64,000 nt of DNA from Macrostomum hystrix. Lineage: Eukaryota > Animalia > Platyhelminthes. The notes under the pieces were generated by a model, which did no database searches, was not told the origin of the DNA, and saw nothing but the letters and a program-made list of their open reading frames with translations. The DNA is taken from contig CATNEN010000024.1 in the NCBI GenBank assembly GCA_950097015.1, positions 2,790,001 to 2,854,000 on the forward strand, in the 5' to 3' direction. A program made the position numbers and the translations under genes. Positions 12,926 to 24,100 of the stretch are shown one piece after another. Every line of letters starts with the position of its first letter. Positions within the stretch are counted from its first letter, which is position 1.

Positions 12926-14526
12926 TGGGGTTGGTCATTGAGAAACATTAGTGACAGCTGAATGACAAGCTGTGCACTTTTTGCAAAGCTATATACGCGT
13001 AGAACTATAGGCACTGCTCAGCCAGTGCTGCCTGTTCAGTCGGATTAGCTGAGAATTAAGTAGAGAAAAAGCTTGGCCAACTCCTCTTTTGTTTTAACTG
13101 CTTTGGTGATCGCGCCAGTGTGCGCGGTGTAGGCCTTGAGATGGCTAAGGCAGGCAGCTATTGGTGGCCCCCTTTCTGCCAACCCCCGAGAAGCTCCAGC
13201 CGCGACCCGGGCGGATGAAGATTAAGAAATGTGTTTATATTTTTGGCCTCCCCTTAACTCCTGTGTTTCATGTAGATTCCATCGGCGCAGCTCTAGTTTT
13301 CAGTCGCTCTCCTGCATGATCATATATTTTTCGATCAGGACCTGTTAATAAGCCTTCATCATTGGAACCTGAAATCCGATCAGGCTTTGTACTTTTAGTT
13401 CTCAATCTTCTCCATATTTTCTCCAATAATTGTTTATCTCCCAAGTCCATATATCTTGACTATAAATAGATTTTTGGAGATTAACCGAAAGTGTGTACTG
13501 CGGTGAGTATATTATTTTGGGTAGCTTTTGAATGTTGTTTTCTTTTGCTCACCTGAATACAGCTTACCTGTAACTGTAAGCAATATTAACTATTCACTTT
13601 CTTTATCGTTAAATGGAACTCCATACCTTAGTTAAAAACCCAGTTTCTTTGCTGAAATCCCAGAACATCGTGTCCGAGGTCTTTCTGCCATAGAACCAAA
13701 ATAACAGACACGTACTTAATTTGCCTCGCTTCATTCTTATATGTTTGGAACGTGTTGTCTATGGTTAAAACTGTCTGCATTCAGAGCCCATGAAATCATT
13801 TTGTGGTCCTCTGTGCAATCTGATTTCATATAACATGGACGCCCTTCAATATTCATTATAGTCTATGGTTAAAATGTTCTAGCCGAAGAATGTGAATTAA
13901 ACGGCGTTTATCAGTTACTTATTTACCACGAACTGTAAACACGAAATAGACTCTATTTGGGATTCATGAACCTTTCCATTTATGCAGACACGAATTAATT
14001 AATTCATTTGTGCAATGTACAATTAGCATGCTTAAAGTATAAAGTTGCCGGATTTATATGCACAACTGCAGAACCTCACCAGAGCTGTCTCCGCCACTCT
14101 GTGCCTCATCTGAATGTTTGATTGCGTGTACCGACTGGGCTAAGCAAAGTACTCGTACAGATTATTTGTGCGCGTCTCCCGCCTCCCCTTATACGATTCT
14201 GATTCCGTAAGTGTGTGCGGTCCCAAACAACGAAAAGAGAGGACTGGACAGATGAACAGATTTGAGACGCGATTGAATCGGGATTTGGGGTAGTTTTTTT
14301 AGGCGCGCCACTCCAGCATCCTCAGATTACTGCTTATGTCCGTTTCTAACCAAAAAATTCTTTCTCAAGATCCCGCTATCGCTGGTGGTAATGATGTGCA
14401 GAGTTCAGTAGGGATAGAACTTTCAGCTATAGGCCTTTATATACATTATTGCGGCGATTTTTATGACATTAAAAGTGAGTGATTTATTGAAGCTACAAAT
14501 TAGCTACTCAAGCCCCTCTCTCGGAC

Positions 14527-14893
14527 TATACTCAGACGATACTCAGACGTTACTCAGACGATGCTCAGACGTTACTCAGACCATACTCAGACGATGCTCA
14601 GACGATACTCAGACGATGCTCAGACGATGCTCAGACGATACTCAGACGATGCTCAGACGATACTCAGACGATGCTCAGACGATACTCAGACGATGCTCAG
14701 ACGATGCTCAGACGATACTCAGACGATGCTCAGAGCATACTCAGACCATACTCAGACGATACTCAGACGATACTCAGACGATACTCAGACGTTAATCAGA
14801 CCATACTCAGACGATACTCAGACGATACTCAGACGATACTCAGACGATACTCAGACGATACTCAGACGATACTCCGACGATACTCAGACGATA
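14527..14893. repeat. Minisatellite, 11 bp unit (ACTCAGACGAT)
   Basis: About 33 units. They explain ORFs 14463, 14561 and 14671. Confidence 0.95.
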
Positions 14894-16299
14894 TACGGAA
14901 GAAGTCTATATATTTGGTGTCAAATTTTCTGTTCATAATTATCTTCGTTGAGAGAAATAGAAACTGACTTTCGATTGTTTTTTATTGATTGACAATCATT
15001 GAGGACTTTCCTACCAATGGCTACCATAGCAGGTAAGACTGCAGCATGCTTATACCCTGATCATTATGATTTATACATCATTATGGTAATTGGACCTCGA
15101 ATGCCTATGAATGGATAATGGTTTATTGAACCAATTGGCAGTGTTGGTTGCGTTACCACAAAAAGTAACGGCGATAGCGTAACGATCGTTTTCTGACCAT
15201 TTGGTAACGGAAAGAAAACAGTAACGGTCGTTACTTAAAATCGTTACTTTCTGCTTTTCGCACTTTTTTCATAAATCTGGAAAAACATTTTACCTAAGCA
15301 TGTTATGAATATCTGCAGCTTTGTTTATCGGTCATTACTCATATCATATGTTGAAATTTCCAACATCGTCCCTTTTTTAGACTCCGTTATCACTATCACT
15401 CTCGCTGATCTCGACCATTTCGGGCTTGGGTTTAGCAGCCATGAGATCACATGATGACAGCTAGTTGAACTGGAGCATCTCTGGAGTTAATTATCTTGCC
15501 AAAAATACACCAATTGTCCCTCTTGGGCTGAGATACTGCATATTATAATATACAATGTCATATTTGTATGGTAGAGTATAGGCTGCAAATGGTAGAACAT
15601 TTACTTAAAAGCGTTATTCTGCGCTTTCTTGCTTAACCGGGATTGAAAACAAATTGCCGATCCCAAGGCTATAGCTTCATATAATATAATGCCCTATCCC
15701 CTGTCCCTCGGGATAACAGCTAAGGATTCTTTTGTTTCAATCGATGCGACACGGGACTTTGGTGGGCAGTGGTTCTCGATCCAGCCCTTCAATGCTCAAT
15801 GCTCGATCCATTCACTAAGAGTGCAACCGCCACTCGCTACTCGCCCAGCCCATCTCCCAAGGGGAAATCTCAGTCGATCAATCCGGCCCTGCACCAACTA
15901 CAGCGATCTGTCTAGTGCTCATCCGAGCAGTACCTCGATGGTGATTCGAAATTCCCAGTCTCTTTCTCTAGCTCGCTATCGAGCTCCCGCTAGAGTCGAT
16001 CCCGTGCTGTCGGGGCAGTCTGTAAAAAGTTTCTCTTGCAGAGGGAAACAAATCTTCAATGCCCAGTGCTGCGTGAAGCGTCTCAGCTTCCTCTCAATCC
16101 TCTCTGTCTTATTCTGCTCCTGTCTTAAAAATCCCCCCTCCCTGGGGATGAGAGCCATGCGGAGTCCCTTCTGTTTCTATGGCTGGGCTAGAAATTTAAC
16201 TGGGCGTGGCGGCCACAGTCCATGGACTGAACAGCTGTATAGGCTTTGTTTGCACCATGCAGTAGCTGCAACTGGCTGTACAATAATTAGTTATAAAAA

Positions 16300-16615
16300 T
16301 ACTATTATTATTAATGGCACATCATTTGCTGACACTAGACCCCCAGCCAGCGAGGAGGCAATTCTGCCCATTTCACTGACTCCTGAGCACACACGCATAC
16401 ATATACTGTACGCAGGCACACGCTTACACAGGTGTGTATATCTGCGCTGACTTTCACTGTGCCTTGGAGGTTGGCCCTCAATGTCGTAAATTGCACGACA
16501 AGCCTTCAAGCCTTCTCTCTGCGGCTGCGCCCCAAATGAATGTGGCCTCGCCGAGCTCAGGGACTCGGGGACCTCGGTGCGAGAGGCAAACGCGTTAGAC
16601 GCTGCGCCACTCACT
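16300..16615 (-). mobile_element. tRNA-derived SINE family A, near full-length copy
   Basis: The minus strand starts GAGTGGCGCAGCGTCTAACGCGTTTGCCTCTCGCACCGAGGTCCC (A-box-like tRNA head). The body GGCTTGTCGTGCAATTTACG...GAGGGCCAACCTCCAAGGC...GTGCCTGCGTACAGTAT...GCAGAATTGCCTCCTCGCTGGC is shared with copies at 21.7, 58.6, 59.3 and 63.2 kb. AT-rich tail. Confidence 0.85.
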
Positions 16616-16904
16616 CTCACAATAATATTAAGTTAGTAAAATGCATTCTGATCACTCATTATACACTCGTGCATGTTTCTGACACACCCCGGGATTATTT
16701 TCCTTATCCTTCAGTGGGATCGATATCATCCGTCATTTGAGCCGAGCCATATACTGCTCAATGCGTGCACACTATTGTATTCAGTTGACACAGACCACAT
16801 TGCACGTGTGTTTGAACATAGGCAAGAGTAAATGTTGGTTTAAATGTGTTTAAATAACGCTTACTAGTGTGCTGCACAACACAAATTACATCAGGCTCTT
16901 CCTG

Positions 16905-17339
16905 ATGTCAACTTTTCCCGGACCGCTTCCGGCCCAGCCGCTGCAGCTGCTGCTGTTGCTTCTGATAGCCTACCACAGCTGGTCAGCTGATACGGCTCTG
17001 GCCGCCGTGTTTCACAGCGCCAGATCAACTACAACGTCTGCGGCTGTGGCGCCAGCAACACCGAGAGTTGACATCGACGACGGCCTCAGCGGAGGTGGCG
17101 AGTTTGTCTTTGTCATCGTGTTCTTCTGCGTGGGCCTAGTTGGCTTCATAGTTCTAGTGGCCTATTGTACGCGATATGCCTCGTCAAAGTCTGACAGGCG
17201 AGCCGAGCGCTACCTGTCCGAGGTGCAAGAGCGCCGGCGCATCAGCCAGGAGAACGCCTACAAACTGAATGCCGCTCTCATGCAGCAAACTGGGCCGCCC
17301 CAGATGCCCGGTACCGAGTGCTACCTGGCGTCATGTTGA
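16905..17339 (+). CDS. Orphan single-pass type I membrane protein (about 144 aa)
   Basis: GC-rich, coding-like ORF from ATG 16905, preceded by an AG acceptor at 16893-16894. Signal-peptide-like QLLLLLLIAYHSWSA, short S/T/A-rich ectodomain, GLSGGG juxtamembrane motif, transmembrane segment FVFVIVFFCVGLVGFIVLVAYC, charged cytoplasmic tail. No family recognised. Confidence 0.65.
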   Translation: MSTFPGPLPAQPLQLLLLLLIAYHSWSADTALAAVFHSARSTTTSAAVAPATPRVDIDDGLSGGGEFVFVIVFFCVGLVGFIVLVAYCTRYASSKSDRRAERYLSEVQERRRISQENAYKLNAALMQQTGPPQMPGTECYLASC

Positions 17340-17521
17340 CTCTCTGTATATCGGTTGAATTTTCGTTTCCTTATTATGAAATAAGAAAATACCTTTGCGA
17401 ACCTCAGAATCTTCAGAGACTTCTAAAGTGGCATTTTTATAAGTATATTTTTCTCTATTCTCTACGCAACCATTTCGCAGAAATGGATTGCAATCGATGA
17501 ACCCTCGGTAAATCCCTCTCG

Positions 17522-18840
17522 ATTTCAGTTTTGTGACTGGAGGTGTGAAGTCTTGAGCTCCATAAACAAGTCCCTATTTCACTGGCTTGTGACCGGAGGT
17601 GTGAAGTCTTGAGCTCCATAAACCAAGTCCCGATTTCACTGGCTTGTGACCGGAGGTGTGAAGTCTTGAGCTCCATAAACCAAGTCCCGATTTCACTGGC
17701 TTGTGACTGGAGGTGTGAAGTCTTGAGCTCCATAAAACAGTCCCTATTTCACTGGCTTGTGACCGGAGGTGTGAAGTCTTGAGCTCCATAAACCAAGTCC
17801 CGATTTCACTGGCTTGTGACCGGAGGTGTGAAGTCTTGAGCTCCATAAACCAAGTCTTTCACTGGCTTGTGACCGGAGGTGTGAAGTCTTGAGCTCCATA
17901 AACCAAGTCCCGATTTCACTGGCTTGTGACTGGAGGTGTGAAGTCTTGAGCTCCATAAAACAGTCCCTATTTCACTGGCTTGTGACCGGAGGTGTGAAGT
18001 CTTGAGCTCCATAAACCAGTCCCTATTTCACTGGCTTGTGACCGGAGGTGTGAAGTCTTGAGCTCCATAAACCAAGTCCCTATTTCACTGGCTTGTGACC
18101 GGAGGTGTGAAGTCTTGAGCTCCATAAAACAGTCCCTATTTCACTGGCTTGTGACCGGAGGTGTGAAGTCTTGAGCTCCATAAACCAAGTCCCGATTTCA
18201 CTGGCTTGTGACTGGAGGTGTGAAGTCTTGAGCTCCATAAAACAGTCCCTATTTCACTGGCTTGTGACCGGAGGTGTGAAGTCTTGAGCTCCATAAACCA
18301 AGTCTTTCACTGGCTTGTGACCGGAGGTGTGAAGTCTTGAGCTCCATAAACCAAGTCCCGATTTCACTGGCTTGTGACTGGAGGTGTGAAGTCTTGAGCT
18401 CCATAAACCAAGTCCCGATTTCACTGGCTTGTGACTGGAGGTGTGAAGTCTTGAGCTCCATAAAACAGTCCCTATTTCACTGGCTTGTGACCGGAGGTGT
18501 GAAGTCTTGAGCTCCATAAACCAAGTCTTTCACTGGCTTGTGACCGGAGGTGTGAAGTCTTGAGCTCCATAAACCAAGTCCCGATTTCACTGGCTTGTGA
18601 CTGGAGGTGTGAAGTCTTGAGCTCCATAAAACAGTCCCTATTTCACTGGCTTGTGACCGGAGGTGTGAAGTCTTGAGCTCCATAAAACAGTCCCTATTTC
18701 ACTGGCTTGTGACCGGAGGTGTGAAGTCTTGAGCTCCATAAAACAGTCCCTATTTCACTGGCTTGTGACCGGAGGTGTGAAGTCTTGAGCTCCATAAAAC
18801 AGTCCCTTTTTCACTGGCTTGTGACCGGAGGTGTGAAGTA
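17522..18840. repeat. Minisatellite, 52-57 bp unit (CCCGATTTCACTGGCTTGTGACCGGAGGTGTGAAGTCTTGAGCTCCATAAACCAAGT)
   Basis: About 23 units with recurring length variants. Confidence 0.95.
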
Positions 18841-20364
18841 TTGAACTGAGTGACCCCTGCCAAAAAATGATTTAATGTGATGACCGGTAGAAAGTGTTTG
18901 CGTTCTATAAAATCATTCAGCCTTATTCACTGCAACACTAAGTCCCTCGCAAATGTATTCATGAGCATAAATACTAGTGACTCAAGATGTGAACTGCTAC
19001 ACCGTTTTCGTTAACAGAATTACACATTTTCACCTATTAAGTCAACTAATATAAATATTCGTCTAATTCATATATGAATCTGTATGACCGATTTGTACAC
19101 CAAAAAGACAGTATTTAATTCAATAATATAGACCTAAAATCTAACAAAGTGATACCTTTTTCCAATACATTTTTCTATCGTCAATCTGAACTCAGTTTTT
19201 AAATGCACTAACCTTGCTACACCTTGCCAAGATGTGTCAAAAAGATAAACTTCGACAGAAATGTTTGACGCCGACTAGTCAATGGAAAGGAAATAGTGCG
19301 GCTATTAATAGTGCATGCGCCGCTGGCGGAAACGAGAAATTCAGATTCCGACTGAGGGGAGAAAAATTTTCTATTAATTATAGAATCACTGACGACGAGG
19401 ACTAACTCTTAGTTCCCCTTCTCTACTGCTGCTCAGAAGAGACTCAGGCGATCTTGCACAAAGGCGCGTACTTTTCACCAACAGCCGCGAGGCCTACCCT
19501 ATAGTTTCCGCCAATTTGCTTTTTTGCTTTTTTGCTTTTTTGGCGACTAACTACTAACACAAACAATTTGTTTCGTTATAAAAATTACAACCTGCTCAAA
19601 TCATACTAGGGCTCTCAAATTAGCATGCCTCGTGTGCGATAAACTGCAGTTCTTATTCTATTTTAATATACGAGTATAAGTAAAACAAGCTGGCAAAGCC
19701 ACTCTGGGTTTTAGAAAAACGAAGGCAAAAAACTAGTGAAATAAGAAAACTTTTACAAAATAAAAAAAAATAAAAAATACAGATTCCATTATTGTTTTAT
19801 AAGAAAAGAAAGTTATAAAGTTAGCCAGACGATAGCTACAGGAATGAACAAATTCAAATGAAAGGCGACGAGCTCAGAATGCAATTTAACACTAAAACAA
19901 AATAATAACACGGCTTAATGACTCTTTGGCGCGTAAAACTGCGCTTCGTGCCTACTGTCCATAAAGCCCAGCAGTAGTATCCAGAGCATTTTTAAGAAAA
20001 CATAGTAGAAAACATCTGCGATAATAAATAAATATATTGTAGAGATGCTTTTATAAACTTCATGTAAGATGAAGGAGACCAACTCAAATTTAATTTATTC
20101 TAATAACCTATAAAAAGCACTTTTAAAATATAAGTCTTGAAGCACATTTGTGCCTTTTCCATGTATCATGGGAACAAAAGATCATTAAGAAATAAAATAC
20201 AAAAAATCTGCAAATAGGCATTTAGAAAAGCGCCAAAATACACAGTTTTATTTAGTGAAAACCTGGTCCGCCAAGCTTACGGAATGCAACTAATGCGATG
20301 ACGAATTAGTAAATAGATGGATTAATAAATTGGGAGGATAAAGGGACCCACTGTACTCCTGACC

Positions 20365-20935
20365 TCAGATCTAAAATGAGAGCCTCAAATCTAAAATCCT
20401 AAACCCCGAATCTAAAATCCCATCTCCAAATCAGAAATCCCAACTCCAAAAAATGGAATCCTAACTCCAAATCTGGAATCCCAACTCCAAATCTGGAATC
20501 CCAACTCCAAATCTGGAATCCCAACTCCAAATCTTTAATCCCAACTCCAAATCTGGAATCCCAAACCCAAATCTGCAATCCCAACCGCAAATCTGGAATC
20601 CCAACTCCAAATCTGGAATCCCAAACCCAAATCTTGAATCCCAACTCCAAATCTGGAATCCCAACTCCAGAACTGGAATCCCAACTCCAAATCTGGAATC
20701 CCAACTCCAAATCTGGAATCCCAACTCCAAATCTTGAATCCCAACTCCAAAACTGGAATCCCAACTCCAAAACTGGAATCCCAACTCCAAATCTGGAATC
20801 CCAACTACAAATCTTGAATCCCAACTCCAAATCTTGAATCCCAACTACAAATCTGGAATCCCAACTCCAAATCTTGAATCCCAACTCCAAATCTTGAATC
20901 CCAGCTCCAAATCTTGAATCCCAACTCCAAATCGG
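20365..20935. repeat. Minisatellite, 20 bp unit (AAATCTGGAATCCCAACTCC)
   Basis: About 28 units. Confidence 0.95.
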
Positions 20936-21101
20936 GCCATGAGCTAATTTTGTTGCTAAACAAATTTCGTTTCATACAAAACTGTCATTGCGTTAGTTCA
21001 GCCTTTCCAAAGAAACGCACTAAAACAGAATAAAGTCATTATTATGGAATTTTCTAAGCAAACAAGGTTGACTCGTGTCAACCTGAACACTGGCCTAAAG
21101 C

Positions 21102-24100
21102 CTAGCTTCTCTCCTGTCCCTCAGCAATGTGCCCAATCACCATCACCAAGTCGCAGTTGGCCATGGGATCTGCCACTGGTCGTCGTTCCAGCACAGCACT
21201 GCGACCGGCGTAGCCAATAAAGCGATACAAATGCGACTCGTCCGACACTTCCTGGACAATTTCGCCCGTCTGCCAGGCTCGAGCCTGCGGGAGGGGATAG
21301 GACACACACTGGATTGCATTGTCGAGAACAATTATAGTAATATATACTAATATATTCCTTCTTTTGTACTACAGTTGTACTACAACTGTAGATCCATTAG
21401 TAAACTTTTAGAAGGTGCATCGTCTAAAGGGATTTTGATCGCTTTTGGGATTTTGATCGCTTTAGGGATTTTGATCGCTTTTGATTTTCAATCGCTTTTG
21501 GGATTCTCATCGCTATTTTGGGATTTTTATCGCTTTTTGGGATTTCATCGCCTTTGGGATTTCATCGCTTTTGGGATTTCTACGCTTGTTGGGATAACTT
21601 GTGATTTTAGTAAGACCAACGGACCAAGCACCGTTTCAACCGAAGATTTTTTTAATGATAGCTGAGCAGGGAATCCTAGCTTATAGCAGATAAAAAATCC
21701 CAGATATTACTGTTCTGGGTGATCACTTGGTGACACTAGACCCGCAGCCAGCGAGGAGGCAATTCTGCCCATTTCGCTGACTCCTGAGCACACGCACACA
21801 GATACTGTACGCAGGCACACGTTATAGGTATGTACATCTGCCCTGACTTTCCCCCTCATCGTCAGCCAGTGTACACTCTCACTAAGCCTTGGAGGTTGGC
21901 CCTCAAGGGCGTAAATTGCACGACAAGCCCTTAAGACTTCTCTGCGCCGCAAATGAATGTGGCCTCGCCGCGGAATCGAGCTCAGGGACCTCGGTGCGAG
22001 AGGCAGACGCGTTGGACCGCTCCGCCACTCAACTCCCTTTTTGGGATGAAAAATGGAGCCCAAGTGTTGAGGAAAAGTTGAGTTAAGACCCGAATACAAT
22101 GGCTAACAGTCCAGCAACGTCAAAGTCTGACAGACCTGGAAGCCGTGTGCGTGAAACACCATCAGAGCGTCGTCAAGCGGCTGGGCGGAGTCCACAACGA
22201 AGGGAAAGCGCAGCGCTCCGCCGTCGCTAACCAGCTGGTCGGAGTCGCCGAAGCCACGGGGCCGGCCAGTGTCCAGCCGGTGCACAGCGGCCAGCTGGCC
22301 GTGGCACATGAGGACACTGCGAAAGTCCAGCTGTTCCAGGTGCACCAGGCCAAGCTCCGCGTCAGTCGCCGACTGGAACTCGCCCGGTCGACGCCGGCCG
22401 TCGTCGAAAAAGCTTCGCAGCGGCAGCAGCTGCACGTCGCTGTCGGTACGGTCGAATTCTAGCAGGCGAAATCGGACAACAGCCCCGGCTGAGTCGGCTT
22501 CTTCACCGCTGCGGCCGATGGCGCCGAGGCAGGCGAACGGCAGCTCCCGGTCTGGCCGGACCAGCAGCTCCAGTGTCAGCAATGGCCGGGGCAGGCTTGG
22601 CGGCTTGGCTAGCCGGTAGGGCATGAAGGCCCGCTTGCCCTGATCCCAGCGGAGCAGCAGGACGGAGTCGGGCAGGGCGCAGGCCAACCACCGCTGGCCG
22701 TCGGCCGGGTGGCAGCGCACCGAGGCGCGAATGCAGCCTTTGGTTCCGGGCACTTTGACTGAGGCCGACGATAAACGGCCTCGACCAATTAGAATGCGCG
22801 GCGGCTGCTTATTGGCTAGACGCTTCTGACCAATCAGTGCCGGCAGATCGAATCGGTACAATCTGGGATGTTTGCCACAGGCGGCTGTGACAACGTCTCG
22901 ATAGACATCCAGCCAGAGGCAGCGCATAGCAACCAGTTGAACCATGACAGAATCGTGCTGCTGGCCCAGGCTCATGCAGTACAGGCCCTCGTTGGCCCCT
23001 AGCAACAGCAGGGAGTCCTCATCGCTGGCGCCCATCCACTTGGCGCAGCTGTTAATTTTCAAGGGACAAGAATCGAACAACTGCAGCAGGCCGGCGCCCA
23101 TCCGTGGCGGCGCCGTCGGTGCCGCGGTCAGTGGAGGCGTCAGCGGCACGACTGGCGCAGGCGGACGAGGCGGCGGATGCGATGGAAGGCTTTTTGGTGA
23201 CTGCAGAAGAATATTGGCAAATTTTTCTTGGATATAGAATCAATAGGGTGATCTGCTGGGATAATTCAATAACACGCCATCACTGAATACAATGGCCTTC
23301 TCTATATCGACTGGATAAATGATATCTTCAATAGTGACCGATTGAATAACCTCTTCTATAAACGAATATAAAGGAGACTTTCTAATATGGTCAAATTGGG
23401 GAACTCTTATGAAAAGAGAATGCGCGTGAAAATAACCATGACAACGACACTAAACTTTTCTTAACACAGCTTTTTCTTACCTGCTCAGTGGAGGCCGGCG
23501 TTGCAGTCGAAGCCGATGAAGACGGACTGCTGGAGTCGAATTTATTAAATTGTTAGTGAATCACAAGTAAGTTATGAATAGTAAGTTAACGCCTCACGTC
23601 TCACCTGATCACTAGGTCACAGGTAGCCACAGTTACGGAGTCCGTAGCAACGCCAGCCGATGCGCTATCAGCGTGAGTTGACTCATCGCTAGGAGTGGCG
23701 GACCGAGGCGAAGAATGCGGCGCACGCGGCGGCGGCGGAGGAGGAGGTCGAGGCTTCTGCAGCGGTGTCGCTGGCGGAGTGGGCGGCGGTTGAGGCCGGG
23801 CGGGCAGCAGTAGGAGCTGCTGAACATCGGTACGACGCTGTCGAAGGGCGCCTTGAAATTCGTGCAGCAGAGACATTGTTAGATGCTCGCCTAGGCTTGG
23901 CGCCGAGGTGAACGGATGCTGCAGCAGCTGGGCGGCTGTCTGTCGTTGCCTGATCGGGTTGTGTTCAAATGAATAAATTTTTGTTTATTTATTTAAAGTG
24001 CTGGTTACTCATTCTGTTTAGCCTTGTCACAAGTAAATTGGGCGTACCTGGGATTAAGTCGCAGAGCGGCGCGCAGGAAGGAGTGAAACGCTTCAGACCA

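Noticed and set aside
15137-15250. CAGTGTTGGTTGCGTTAC...AAAAGTAACG, resembling a hAT transposon end
   Set aside because: I found no matching opposite TIR or TSD, so it is not annotated as an element.
15689-16740. 253-aa ORF and neighbouring ORFs; similar peptides at 21707-22099 and 58511-58729
   Set aside because: The shared peptide similarity comes from SINE family A copies read in different frames. No coding motifs.
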